Positions 17,227 through 26,686 of a DNA stretch of 64,000 nucleotides are shown one piece after another. A model generated the notes under the pieces. The model made no database searches and was not told the DNA's origin. It saw only the letters and a list, made by a program, of their open reading frames with translations. Position numbers and translations under genes: made by a program. Source of the stretch: Anaerolineales bacterium (lineage in GTDB: Bacteria > Chloroflexota > Anaerolineae > Anaerolineales > UBA11579). Where the stretch lies: positions 6,909 to 70,908 of the forward strand of contig JAGVCA010000036.1 in NCBI GenBank assembly GCA_020059485.1, given 5' to 3'. The stretch's first letter is position 1, and each line of letters begins with the position of its first letter.

Positions 17227-19260
17227 CTACGGTTGCACGCACCGTCCTGCCGCCAAATCGCTTGGCACCCAGCGGCAGTTGGCTTCTTCACACGAAGTCT
17301 GATTGCTGTACTGATCCGGATTGGTGCAGGTCGGCTGGGTCGGCTCCGGACAGGCCGGCACGTTCACGGTGATCTCGAAGCATGTCTGACCAACCGGGAT
17401 CGGCACACAACTGTTCGTCACCGGATCAAAAACGGTCCCCGGCGGGCAGGTCGATACCGGCACCTCCGGGACACAGCAGTTGGCATCCGGGTCAAAGTAG
17501 TACCCATCCGGGCAATCCGATTGCTGCGGGAACGGCCAGCACACCTGGCACCCGCCGACCTCGATGCTGAAAGTATTCGGCGGGCAGTTCAGTTCGGTCC
17601 CCGGCGGGGCACACACCTCCGGATCAATCCCATTATTGGGATCGTCATCCAGCATTCCAGGGACATACGGGATCAGCAGTTCCGGCAGATCGGGGAACAA
17701 CCCGGCCAACGGATCCTCCTCATCGTCACAGCAGAACGGATCGAATAGATCGGTGGGGGTCGGTGTCGGTCCACCCTCGATCACCAAGACGATCGGGGTC
17801 GGTGTTTCAATCACCAACTCAAGCGTCGGCACTTCTACTTCGGCCTCAACCGGCGTCGGGTCCACTACTATGCCACACAATACACCTTGAGGGATGCAGC
17901 CGCAGGGAGTAGTGTAGTAATAGCCCGGCTCGCAGGTCGGGGGCGGCGGAGGCGGCAGGTCGGGGACGCAGCCATATTCGGTTGGAATATAGCCCTCGGC
18001 GCACTCAAGTTCGGTTGGAGAGAGCAGGCTGACATCCACGTTCAGGATCGGCCGGCAGATGTCAAAATTCTGATCGAAATAGTAGCCAGGGCCGCAGTCT
18101 GGACAAACCGTGATCGTCACCTGGCTTGCAGGCTGAACTGCCGGGCCAAAGCACACCATCTTTTCATTCACCGGGGTGCAGGTCACCGGTCCGTCCGGGC
18201 TGGAATAATCATACTGGCTCAGGTCTGCGCCGCCGGATGGAGATAACACCACCCCGGCTTTGTTGCCACCAGCACTCGGTTCACAGTACGCCACCGCGGT
18301 TACATTCGGCTGGGGCGGGTTGGGGTTGGTCACCGGCAGATCACCGCCAACGGTCGGCGGCAGTTGGCATAGTTTCGGGTTCGAAGAAGCACCGCAATCC
18401 AGCGCGCAGCGGAAACCGAGGTCCGGGCTGGCAAACTCAGGTTCGAGAGAACCGCGCAGAAAAGCCGGCAATTCCTCTGTCGTTGACCCGAAATTGCCGC
18501 CCCTCAAAACACGCTGCTCGCCATGCTCTGGCCCGTCCGGATCAACCGATGGAGAGTTCAGATAATAATCCGGGGCATACCAGTCATTGACCCACTCGGC
18601 CACATTCCCGCTCAGGTCCAGCACATCCAGCGGATTCCCGCCATCGACGAGCAGTCCGGACAAAACCGGCGCATCCGGATCAGGATCCAGACAACCGGTG
18701 AAGTTCGCCAGGTCACAGTCAGGTTCTTCATTGCCCCAGGGGAATACATCAGTGGAGAAACCGCGGGCGGCATACTCCCATTCCGCCTCGGTCGGCAGAC
18801 GGGCGCCGATCCAGCCGCAGTAGTCATCGGCCTGCTCCCAGGACACCCCCGAGACCGGCGCGTCCAGGTAATCAGGGCGGTCAGCCCAATAGGGGAAATC
18901 CGTCCGCTCGATTGGCGGTGAACAAGCCCCGGACTTGACACACTCCGCATACTGGCGGTTGGTGACTTCTGTTTCATGGATCCAGAAGGCCGGCAGATCG
19001 ATAGTGTGCACCGGCTCAAAATCCTGTTCTTCTTCCGGATCATCGAACCCCATCGCGAAGGAACCTTCCGGCATGAAGATGAAGGTGCTGAGATCGAACC
19101 AGGTCGTCTTCGTCCCGGCCGGCAAGCTGCAATAATCGATCGAGACATCCTCAGCGCCAGCGCCTTGCCTTGATTGTGGGGATTGACCATCTGGAGAGCC
19201 GCAAGCGGCCATAAAGACAACCAAGACACATACCGAGCAAATACCAATAAACCACTTCAC
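17227..19260 (-). CDS. Lipoprotein with FGE-sulfatase domain and Cys-rich repeats, paralog B
   Basis: FMAAC lipobox; same architecture as paralog A plus a Pro/Thr linker (VDPTPVEA..ETPTP..GPTPTPTD); GGAGG before GTG. Confidence 0.88.
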   Translation of the reverse strand: MKWFIGICSVCVLVVFMAACGSPDGQSPQSRQGAGAEDVSIDYCSLPAGTKTTWFDLSTFIFMPEGSFAMGFDDPEEEQDFEPVHTIDLPAFWIHETEVTNRQYAECVKSGACSPPIERTDFPYWADRPDYLDAPVSGVSWEQADDYCGWIGARLPTEAEWEYAARGFSTDVFPWGNEEPDCDLANFTGCLDPDPDAPVLSGLLVDGGNPLDVLDLSGNVAEWVNDWYAPDYYLNSPSVDPDGPEHGEQRVLRGGNFGSTTEELPAFLRGSLEPEFASPDLGFRCALDCGASSNPKLCQLPPTVGGDLPVTNPNPPQPNVTAVAYCEPSAGGNKAGVVLSPSGGADLSQYDYSSPDGPVTCTPVNEKMVCFGPAVQPASQVTITVCPDCGPGYYFDQNFDICRPILNVDVSLLSPTELECAEGYIPTEYGCVPDLPPPPPPTCEPGYYYTTPCGCIPQGVLCGIVVDPTPVEAEVEVPTLELVIETPTPIVLVIEGGPTPTPTDLFDPFCCDDEEDPLAGLFPDLPELLIPYVPGMLDDDPNNGIDPEVCAPPGTELNCPPNTFSIEVGGCQVCWPFPQQSDCPDGYYFDPDANCCVPEVPVSTCPPGTVFDPVTNSCVPIPVGQTCFEITVNVPACPEPTQPTCTNPDQYSNQTSCEEANCRWVPSDLAAGRCVQP

Positions 19261-19361
19261 AATAATCCTCCAATCACCTGATCATGGTTCAGGCTTCCCT
19301 ATAAGGAATAACCGGAGAAGCCCGCCTGAGTTACGGGTGCCCCCGCATTTTCTCCTAACAC

Positions 19362-19389
19362 TTGACAGCAGCGATCTTCTCGCTATAAT
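19362..19389 (+). promoter_or_regulatory. Consensus sigma70 promoter
   Basis: TTGACA-16 nt-TATAAT upstream of the regulator/MFS operon. Confidence 0.75.
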
Positions 19390-19429
19390 TGTGTTTGACG
19401 ATAAAAATTATTTTAGCGAAAGAATATTT

Positions 19430-20062
19430 ATGAACAAAAACTATCCCACCCCCGAACCTGTCATCATCCTCGAAAACCTGGAAACCCTCAAGGTTGTCAC
19501 CGATCCGCTGCGTAACCAGATCCTCGAAACCCTCACCCCCGCCCCGCAGACGGTCGGCCAGATCGCCACCAAACTCGGCCTGGAAACCTCACGGTTGTAT
19601 TACCATTTCAATCTACTGGAAAAACACGGCTTCATCCAGGTAGTCGATACCTCTGTGCAGGGCAACTTGATCGAGAAGACCTACTGGTTGACCGCCTACC
19701 GCTTCGAGGTTGATCCCGAAGCCTTCAATTTCAACGTCGACACCCTGGAGGGGACCGAAAGCATCATCGCCCTGCTGCTTGCCAACATCAACGCCACCCG
19801 CGAAGACCTGCAGCGCAGCATCTATGCCCGCCACGAGCAGATCGCCCAGGGCGCGCCGAAGAATCCCCGCCATGTCCTCGATACCCGCGAAGTCTTCTAC
19901 CTCCCGGATGACAAAGCCGCCGAGTTCCATGCCCGTCTGAACGCACTGGTGGAAGAGTTCAAGCACGAGCAAGCCTCTCTGCCCGCCGACGGTCTTGAAG
20001 TACTCCCCTGGGCACTCTCGGTGATCTTTTATCCAAGTTTCCACTATCAATCGCAGGAATAG
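19430..20062 (+). CDS. ArsR-like winged-helix transcriptional regulator
   Basis: LKVVTDPLRNQIL..L...PQTVGQIA..LG....RLYYH...LEKHGFIQVV......NLIEKTY. Confidence 0.85.
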   Translation: MNKNYPTPEPVIILENLETLKVVTDPLRNQILETLTPAPQTVGQIATKLGLETSRLYYHFNLLEKHGFIQVVDTSVQGNLIEKTYWLTAYRFEVDPEAFNFNVDTLEGTESIIALLLANINATREDLQRSIYARHEQIAQGAPKNPRHVLDTREVFYLPDDKAAEFHARLNALVEEFKHEQASLPADGLEVLPWALSVIFYPSFHYQSQE

Positions 20063-20066
20063 AAAA

Positions 20067-21473
20067 ATGAATAACGGACCCGATCAAAACCACAGCCCCA
20101 AAACCATGCGCACCTTCCTGGTGATCTGGGCCGGGCAATTCATCTCCCTGGTCGGCTCCGGCCTGACCAGTTTCGGACTGAGCGTGTGGGTTTTCACCCA
20201 GACAGGAAAAGCCACCCCGATCGCCATCACCGCCCTAGTTTCCAACCTGCCGCGCATCCTGCTCTCCCCCATCGCCGGCTCGGTCGCCGACCGATTCAAC
20301 CGCAAGCGCCTGATGGTGCTGGCCGACACCGCCGCCGTGCTGGTCACCGTCGGCTTTGCCGTCCTGATCTTCATGGATACCTTGCAGATCTGGCACATCT
20401 ACCTCGGCGCCTTCCTCTCGGCCCTTTTCGGCGCGTTCCAGGAGCCCGCTTACCGCGCTTCGATCACCATGATCGTCCCCAAGAAAGATCTCGCCCGGGC
20501 CGCCGGCATCCAGCAGATCGGCTCAGCCATGCAGATCATCCTGGTGCCGGTGCTGGCCGGCGTGCTCTACGGGCTGATCGGCTTTCGCGGCATCATCCTG
20601 ATCGACATCATCACCTACTTCTTCGCCCTCGCCGCCCTGCTGTGGGCCCACATCCCCCAACCCCACCAGGTCACCCTGCCGGAGGATGGCCAGCCTCGTT
20701 CCATGCTGCGCGACGCCCTGTTCGGCTGGCGCTACTTGCAGGACCGCCCCGGCATGATCAGCCTGCTGCTGTACTTTGCGGTCGTCAATTTCTTCCTCAG
20801 CCTGTCCACCGTACTGATGGCCCCGCTGGTGCTCTCGTTCGGGACCCCCGAGCAAATGGGCCTGGTGCAGATGGCCGGCGGCGCGGCCATGCTGATCGGC
20901 GGGTTGCTGATCGGCATCTGGGGCGGGCCGAAGACCAAACGCCTGTGGACGGTTATCCTGACGATTTTCCTCTCCGGGTTCGGTTTTTTCATCGTCGCCC
21001 TGCGCCCTCAGGTGTGGACGATCTCCCTGGGTATGTTCGTATTCCTGTTTTTCATCCCGATCGCCGCGGCCATCAATCAGGCCATCTGGCAGGTCAAGAT
21101 CCCGGCTGACCTGCAAGGGCGGGTGTTCGCTATCCGCTCGATGATCGCCACCTCGATCATACCGCTCGCCAACCTGGCCGCCGGCCCGCTGGCCGACAAC
21201 CTGTTTGAGCCGCGCATGGCCGCCGGCGGCGCGTTGGCCGCCACCTTTCTGGGCGAACTCATCGGGACCGGCCCTGGCCGCGGGATCGCCGTGCTCTTCC
21301 TGATCTCGGCCGTCTTCCTGTGGGCTTCCAGCCTGGTGATCTTCTCATCTCCGCGTGTGCGCAACCTGGAGGACGAACTCCCGGACGCCATCCCGGACGA
21401 CGAACCTGCCGAGACCCCAGACGCCAATCCGGAACCCTTGAGCGGAGCCGTCGCCGAAAACTTGCCAACCTGA
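20067..21473 (+). CDS. MFS transporter, DHA3/Mef(A)-like
   Basis: FLVIWAGQFISLVGSGLT.F, AGSVADRFNRKRLMVLAD, PADLQGRVF; 12 TM. Confidence 0.9.
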   Translation: MNNGPDQNHSPKTMRTFLVIWAGQFISLVGSGLTSFGLSVWVFTQTGKATPIAITALVSNLPRILLSPIAGSVADRFNRKRLMVLADTAAVLVTVGFAVLIFMDTLQIWHIYLGAFLSALFGAFQEPAYRASITMIVPKKDLARAAGIQQIGSAMQIILVPVLAGVLYGLIGFRGIILIDIITYFFALAALLWAHIPQPHQVTLPEDGQPRSMLRDALFGWRYLQDRPGMISLLLYFAVVNFFLSLSTVLMAPLVLSFGTPEQMGLVQMAGGAAMLIGGLLIGIWGGPKTKRLWTVILTIFLSGFGFFIVALRPQVWTISLGMFVFLFFIPIAAAINQAIWQVKIPADLQGRVFAIRSMIATSIIPLANLAAGPLADNLFEPRMAAGGALAATFLGELIGTGPGRGIAVLFLISAVFLWASSLVIFSSPRVRNLEDELPDAIPDDEPAETPDANPEPLSGAVAENLPT

Positions 21474-21528
21474 ATCCAGGCCTTTTGCCGGTCAAGTACG
21501 AGCGAATATTTTTTCCGACTACAGAATC

Positions 21529-21552
21529 AAAACCTCCTTACAGAGGTTTTTT
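21529..21552 (+). terminator. Intrinsic terminator after the MFS gene
   Basis: AAAACCTC-CTTACA-GAGGTTTTTT. Confidence 0.65.
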
Positions 21553-21571
21553 CTGAAAAAAGTCTGAATAG

Positions 21572-21770
21572 GTTAGGTCGGCCAGGCGACCTTACTTGGA
21601 AAACCCATCTGACCTGACATCGATCCGCCTGGCCTCACATTGAGGGGGTTTGGGGGGATCACCAATCCCCGATCAAAAGGCAAAGCCTTTTGATTCTGGA
21701 GTTCGCAAAGCGAACTCGTAAACAAAGCGTAGGCTTTGTCCGGGGGAGCAGGGGTCGGCAGATCCCTGCA
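21572..21770. repeat. Array of tandem inverted repeats (multi-hairpin element)
   Basis: At least six hairpins, including ATCAAAAGGC-AAA-GCCTTTTGAT, GAGTTCGC-AAA-GCGAACTC, ACAAAGC-GTAG-GCTTTGT and GCAGGGGTC-GGCA-GATCCCTGC. Confidence 0.8.
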
Positions 21771-22113
21771 AGAAACCCAACAATATCAAAATCTAGTCTT
21801 CGCTGCCAACAACTGACTCCATCATAAAATCCATTCATTCTGGTGGAAACCCTCATAGGGACAACATTACCCCTCGGACCCATCAAAAGAGGACAACCTT
21901 GTTGACACCAACCAGCGAAGAAGGAATCAATATATTGAGCTTAGTTAGTTTAATATGAGGGAATGCATCAACTATCGAGAAAGTATTCTAACTCTAACCA
22001 AGTTTATATCCACTCAACCAGACTTAACAAACGATACTATTCAATAAATCCATCGTTGAATATATTATCATCCAACCTCGTAACACTACGGTCCGCATCC
22101 AGGATAAATCGAA

Positions 22114-22627
22114 CTATTCCTCCTGATGATCCTCACAATAGGTGCTATCGACTTGCCGATAACCCCATAAAGTGATGGCCATGTTTGCTGGAAGGTCATT
22201 ATCAGAAATATCAAACGCTACTGGAATAACCAACTTTGAGTTGTTGGATCCTGATGGACCTAAGATCAAAGATGTATCAATTTCACTACGAAGAAGATTT
22301 CCCATACTTCTCCAATTATTTTCACTAGTTTCTATCCACATAATTAAATTCAGTTGCGGAGGGAACCAAATTTGGACGTCCGTTGTGTTCTCAACTTCCA
22401 ATGACAGGTGAATACGTTCTGGAGATGTAGTCAAGTGCTCATACAATGACAACTGGACAGACTTGTACATCAATGGTATTCCAACTGAAGAAAAGTTTTC
22501 ATCCAATGGACTCGGAAAACAATCAAACCTGGAATACCTGTTTTTTTTCTTTGCATCCTGAGAGAGGTTAAACGACAAGGCATATTGACAATAGAAAGAA
22601 GAATAATACTGTCCTATCTCGATTCAC
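22114..22627 (-). pseudogene. Decayed AT-rich lipoprotein gene
   Basis: GGAGGAG RBS and GTG at 22627: MNRDRTVLFFFLLSICLVV*PLSGC (TAA inside the signal peptide, LSGC lipobox). The frame then changes near the A8 run (22541-22548) into ORF 22114..22578. Confidence 0.55.
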
Positions 22628-22694
22628 TTCATCTCCTCCAATGCCAATTTTAGATACAATCTGATTGTTTAAAAATCACCAAGCGTCCTCCCCC

Positions 22695-23645
22695 TCACTT
22701 CCCCCCAAAATATACCTGCATCAACTCCGACAGCGTCAGGTAATGGGTCACCCGGTAATGCTTGTTCACCACCGGCAGGCCGGTCAGCCCCTGCGCCTGG
22801 AACTCCAGGAAGGCGTCCTCCAGCGAGCTCTCGTTCAGGATAAAGACCGGCTCCTCCATAATGTCAAACGCCCGCTGGCTCTTCTCCATCCGGGCGTACG
22901 CGATCGCCTTCTCATACTGCTCCGGCTTCTGGATGAACTGCTCCGGCATCGCCGGCACCAGCATCATTTCCGCAAACACCTGCTGGCGGATGATCCCCAC
23001 CAGCCGCTCCGCCCGGTTGACCACGCACGCCAGCGGCACATGCGGGTTCGCCAGGAACGCCGCCATCACCTTGTTCATGTCGTCGTCCACCGTCACGACC
23101 ACCGGCTCGTCCAGATACTCCTTGAACACCACCGAGATGATCTGCTTGCGCTGCTTGCGCCAGCCGGTCAGGGTTGCATCGCCATGCAGCCCGCGCACCT
23201 CTTCCTCAAACCAGCCCAGCAGGTTCTCCCCGCCCTTGTCAACCTGTTTCTTCTCCCGTGCCGAAAGGTGAGCCTTCTCCTCTAGCCGGCGGGTCTCGCC
23301 CCACTTGCGCAAACCAAGCGCCTGGCCCACTTCAACCGTGAATAGGATCCCACTGTTCGGCCGGTCAAACCCGCCCACCACCCGCTCCGCTTCCGAGATG
23401 GCGATCCCCAGCGTCTCCTTGTTGTCGATCAGGCTCAGGATCATCCGCTGGCTCGGACTGGCCTGTTCCATCAGGCTCAGCAGGCTCTTCAGTCCGCCCC
23501 GGTTCAGCTGGTCCACCGCCTGATAACCGCCCACGCTCGGCAGCAGGGTTGTGCCGGGGATCCCGACCTGTTTCCAGGCTTCCATCAGTTCCGGCAGCAG
23601 GTCAAGGTTATGCAGGATCACAACAAGTAATGTATACATCGCCAA
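22695..23645 (-). CDS. PII-like domain fused to a CBS pair
   Basis: N-terminal LLVVIL...AW...GIPGTTLLPSVG...GGFDRPNSGILFTVEV; C-terminal CBS motifs (ACVVNRAERLVGII, GLPVVNKHYRV). Confidence 0.72.
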   Translation of the reverse strand: MAMYTLLVVILHNLDLLPELMEAWKQVGIPGTTLLPSVGGYQAVDQLNRGGLKSLLSLMEQASPSQRMILSLIDNKETLGIAISEAERVVGGFDRPNSGILFTVEVGQALGLRKWGETRRLEEKAHLSAREKKQVDKGGENLLGWFEEEVRGLHGDATLTGWRKQRKQIISVVFKEYLDEPVVVTVDDDMNKVMAAFLANPHVPLACVVNRAERLVGIIRQQVFAEMMLVPAMPEQFIQKPEQYEKAIAYARMEKSQRAFDIMEEPVFILNESSLEDAFLEFQAQGLTGLPVVNKHYRVTHYLTLSELMQVYFGGK

Positions 23646-23654
23646 CTCCTTCCG

Positions 23655-24776
23655 TTATTTCTTCCGGAGATCCCGGACCGACTCCACTGCCTGCAGGAAC
23701 TCGGCCGCCATCACATCCAGGTTGATCTCCTTTGCCGCGATCCGGTACGACTCCGCCCCCATCCGCCGCAGCCGTTCCGGGTCGGAGAGTGCATCTGACA
23801 GCGCCGCTTCCAGCGCAGACTGGTCATCCGGCCGGATCAGCCAGCCGTTGTTCGGGCCAACCAGGTCTTCCTGGGTACCGTCGCCGCGTGCCACGATCAC
23901 CGGCAGGGCGTGCGCCATGGCCTGCTGCACCGCCAGCCCGCCCGTCCCCGGCAGTACGAACAGGTCCGCCTGAGCAAAATACGGGCGCAACTCAGCGCCA
24001 TGCACCGCCCCGGTGAACTGCGTCTGCGGGTACAGTTGCCGGGCTTGCGCCTCAAAATAATCCCGGTCAGGCCCATCCCCCACCACCACCAGGTCTGGCT
24101 GCTGGGATTCCGGCAGCGCCGCGCAGGCGGCAAACAACCGCTCCAGCCGCTTGCGGGCTTGCAGCCGCCCGACAAACAGCACTGTCGCCCGCCCTTCCAG
24201 CGCACCGCGCACCGGAGGCGGCGCATCCGGCCGCGGCGCGGCTGCGTTATGGGCCACAAACACCCGCTCTTCCGGAATCCCCACCGCGCGGTATTCCGCC
24301 GCGCCGCGCTCGCTGTACGCGATCAACCCATCCAGTTCGGCCAGGAACCGGCGGCGCATCATCTCGCGCACACCAGCCAGCGGGCCAGGTATCGCCGGCG
24401 CGCCCAGCCCCCAGCCCAGCACCGGTCGGCCGCGCGTCCGCATCCAGCGTACCGCCGACCGGGTATTCGGATACCGGCTGTTGGCCTCCACCACCAGTGC
24501 GTCGGGCTGCCAGCTTTCCAGCCAGCGCAGGATACCCGGCTGGTAACACAAATACAACGGGCCGTTGAGCAGATGCAGGTTGCGGGCCGGGACCAGCACC
24601 CCGGAGTTAAGCCAGCCCGCAGTTTTGATCGCTTCGCTCGGGCGCGGCTCCCCGGCAAACAGACTGAACCCGCCGTGGCAAGTCCGCGCCAAAGTCTCAA
24701 AGAACGGGGCGCGGTAGTCCGGCAGCACCCGCTGCTGCACAGCCAGACGGCCTTCAAAACGTGCTGGCTCGCTCAT
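23655..24776 (-). CDS. Glycosyltransferase family 4
   Basis: VLFVGRLQARKRL, VVGDGP, ADLFVLPGTGGLAVQQAMAHALPVI. Confidence 0.9.
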   Translation of the reverse strand: MSEPARFEGRLAVQQRVLPDYRAPFFETLARTCHGGFSLFAGEPRPSEAIKTAGWLNSGVLVPARNLHLLNGPLYLCYQPGILRWLESWQPDALVVEANSRYPNTRSAVRWMRTRGRPVLGWGLGAPAIPGPLAGVREMMRRRFLAELDGLIAYSERGAAEYRAVGIPEERVFVAHNAAAPRPDAPPPVRGALEGRATVLFVGRLQARKRLERLFAACAALPESQQPDLVVVGDGPDRDYFEAQARQLYPQTQFTGAVHGAELRPYFAQADLFVLPGTGGLAVQQAMAHALPVIVARGDGTQEDLVGPNNGWLIRPDDQSALEAALSDALSDPERLRRMGAESYRIAAKEINLDVMAAEFLQAVESVRDLRKK

Positions 24777-25801
24777 ACTTTTGCCAATGCCTCCAGATAG
24801 CGGCAGGTGGTCTCGCGGATATCATACGCCTCCACCGCCCGGCGGCGGGCCCCTTCCCGGAAGCGCGGCTGATCCAGCAATATCTCGGCAGCTGCCTGGG
24901 CCAGCGCCGGGATATCCGGCTGTTCCAGCGCCCACGAATCTGCGCCGTAAGGCACCACATGACCGGCATTTCCGCGCACGATCTCCGGCAGCGCGCCAGT
25001 ATCGAAAGCCGCCACCGGCAGACCACAGGCCAGCGCCTCGATCACCGCATTCGGGCAGGCCGGGTGCAGCTCACCGGAGAAGTACAGGTGCGCCGAGCGG
25101 TGCAGGTACGGAATCTCGGACCGGGGCACCACCCCCAGCCAGCGTACCGGCACCCTCGCATACGCCGCCCACTGGGCCTGCACTTCCGGCCGGATCTTGC
25201 CGGCTACCGCCACCTCGATCTCCAGGCGGTGCAGTTCCCGCAGGACGGCGGCCAGGTCCAGGCCCAGCTTGAGGCCAAAGTCGTACCCGCCCTCAAAGGC
25301 GCCTTCCAGCATCATCAACCGGAAGTGTGCGGTCGGCCTCTCATCCGGTCCCTCCGGCATAAACTCGCCCAGGTCGATCCCATTATGAATGACATCAAAC
25401 GGTTTGGAAACCGCGCCAAAGGCCTGCTGCCAGCGCCGGACGACAAATTCGCTCTGATACACGATCCGGTCGGCCAGATACCGCCGGATGATCCACAGGA
25501 TCCAATTACGGAACTCGGCCCGCAGCCGGTAGGTCAGGCTCGTCGGGATCCGCCGGTGCAGCCAGTTGAAACCGTCCAGCCGCTGTACGATCGGGATGCC
25601 GCTGTGCCGCGCCCGCCACAACTTGCCCAGTTGTCGGGTGCCGCCGATCACGAGGATGGCATCATACGGGCCATCATCCAGGTCATGGCTGACCGCCACA
25701 CCTTGCCGGGCGGCTTCCTGAGCGAAACGCAGCTGGAAACTGGCCGGTCCGCCCACCCCGGAATAGGACGGTACCAGGCACACCCGTTTGATCGTCCTCA
25801 T
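24773..25801 (-). CDS. Glycosyltransferase family 4
   Basis: VIHNGIDL, ACPNAVIEALACGLPV..FDTGALPEIV. Confidence 0.9.
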   Translation of the reverse strand: MRTIKRVCLVPSYSGVGGPASFQLRFAQEAARQGVAVSHDLDDGPYDAILVIGGTRQLGKLWRARHSGIPIVQRLDGFNWLHRRIPTSLTYRLRAEFRNWILWIIRRYLADRIVYQSEFVVRRWQQAFGAVSKPFDVIHNGIDLGEFMPEGPDERPTAHFRLMMLEGAFEGGYDFGLKLGLDLAAVLRELHRLEIEVAVAGKIRPEVQAQWAAYARVPVRWLGVVPRSEIPYLHRSAHLYFSGELHPACPNAVIEALACGLPVAAFDTGALPEIVRGNAGHVVPYGADSWALEQPDIPALAQAAAEILLDQPRFREGARRRAVEAYDIRETTCRYLEALAKV

Positions 25802-26556
25802 GTCACCGCCAGTCCCCGGACTTCGATCCAGGCTTCTGGTCCCGCCAGCGTGCCATACCCAAGCCGGCCGTCCGGCCTCCAGGCAGCATACTGGTTATCG
25901 ATCCACACCACCAGTCCCAGCGGGCCGGTCGGCGAAACAGGAGACTCATCAACGACCTGCCCGTCGACCGAAAAAATGACCCCATCCGACCGCCAGTCGA
26001 TCGCGTAATTGTGCCAGCGGGTCACATCCAGCCCAAGGGCTGCCGCATGCTCACGCACGATCCCGGCCGCCATCCGTCGCCCAATCCGGGCGAGCGGTCG
26101 GACCGCCAGCAGCACGGCCAGCGGAGCCAGCGGCAAAAATGGCCACACCGGCAGAGATGGCGAGCGAAATACCCCGGCCAACGCGCCGTGCGCCGGCTGG
26201 TCGTTCCGGAAAGAGAGGTAATTCTGTTCAGAGGCGAAAAAGAACCAGGCTGCCTTCGGCAGCGCCGGGAGCAGGCGCGTCCCACCATAGGCTAGCCCGT
26301 TCCCAAACGGATCGTTCCACAAGCCAAACCCCCAGGTGCCCGGCAGATTATCGGCGGAAGCGCGCGCCTCCAGGGTCAGGCGCAGCGGCGGCTGCCAAGG
26401 AAAGGCTTGCCGCGAGAGCGAGCGGTAATCATCCAGCTGCGCCAGACGGTATTGGCCCGCTCGCCCGGCAGGGATCACCAACCGCCACGCGCCGGCGGCA
26501 ATCTCGGCCACCTCGGCAGCCGGCGTCTGGTGTGGCTTCAATCCTGTATCAGACAT
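25798..26556 (-). CDS. Concanavalin-A-like (GH16/LamG-fold) protein
   Basis: GTWGFGLWN and WHNYAIDWRSDGVIFSVDGQ resemble the GH16 fold; no EIDxxE catalytic motif seen. Confidence 0.6.
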   Translation of the reverse strand: MSDTGLKPHQTPAAEVAEIAAGAWRLVIPAGRAGQYRLAQLDDYRSLSRQAFPWQPPLRLTLEARASADNLPGTWGFGLWNDPFGNGLAYGGTRLLPALPKAAWFFFASEQNYLSFRNDQPAHGALAGVFRSPSLPVWPFLPLAPLAVLLAVRPLARIGRRMAAGIVREHAAALGLDVTRWHNYAIDWRSDGVIFSVDGQVVDESPVSPTGPLGLVVWIDNQYAAWRPDGRLGYGTLAGPEAWIEVRGLAVT

Positions 26557-26686
26557 GGCTGTATTATAGTGGATTTCCCGCCCCTCTTCAGCCCCTCACC
26601 AACGCCTGCCCGGCACCGTCCTCCTGACGCGGTGTTACAATACAGAGCGAACAAATCTTGTTCCCGTTGTTAGGAGGATCTGTCAC

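Noticed and set aside
14013-19260. Diversity-generating retroelement targeting the FGE/CLec domains
   Set aside because: No reverse transcriptase and no near-identical template repeat with adenine-specific mismatches in the window. The paralogs differ throughout, and the CLec domain is not C-terminal.
21572-21634. HDV-like ribozyme
   Set aside because: A pseudoknot is possible, but the P3/L3, P1.1 GG and catalytic J4/2 C elements cannot be placed.
21640-21770. CRISPR array
   Set aside because: The hairpins differ in sequence, there is no repeat-spacer periodicity, and no cas genes are present.
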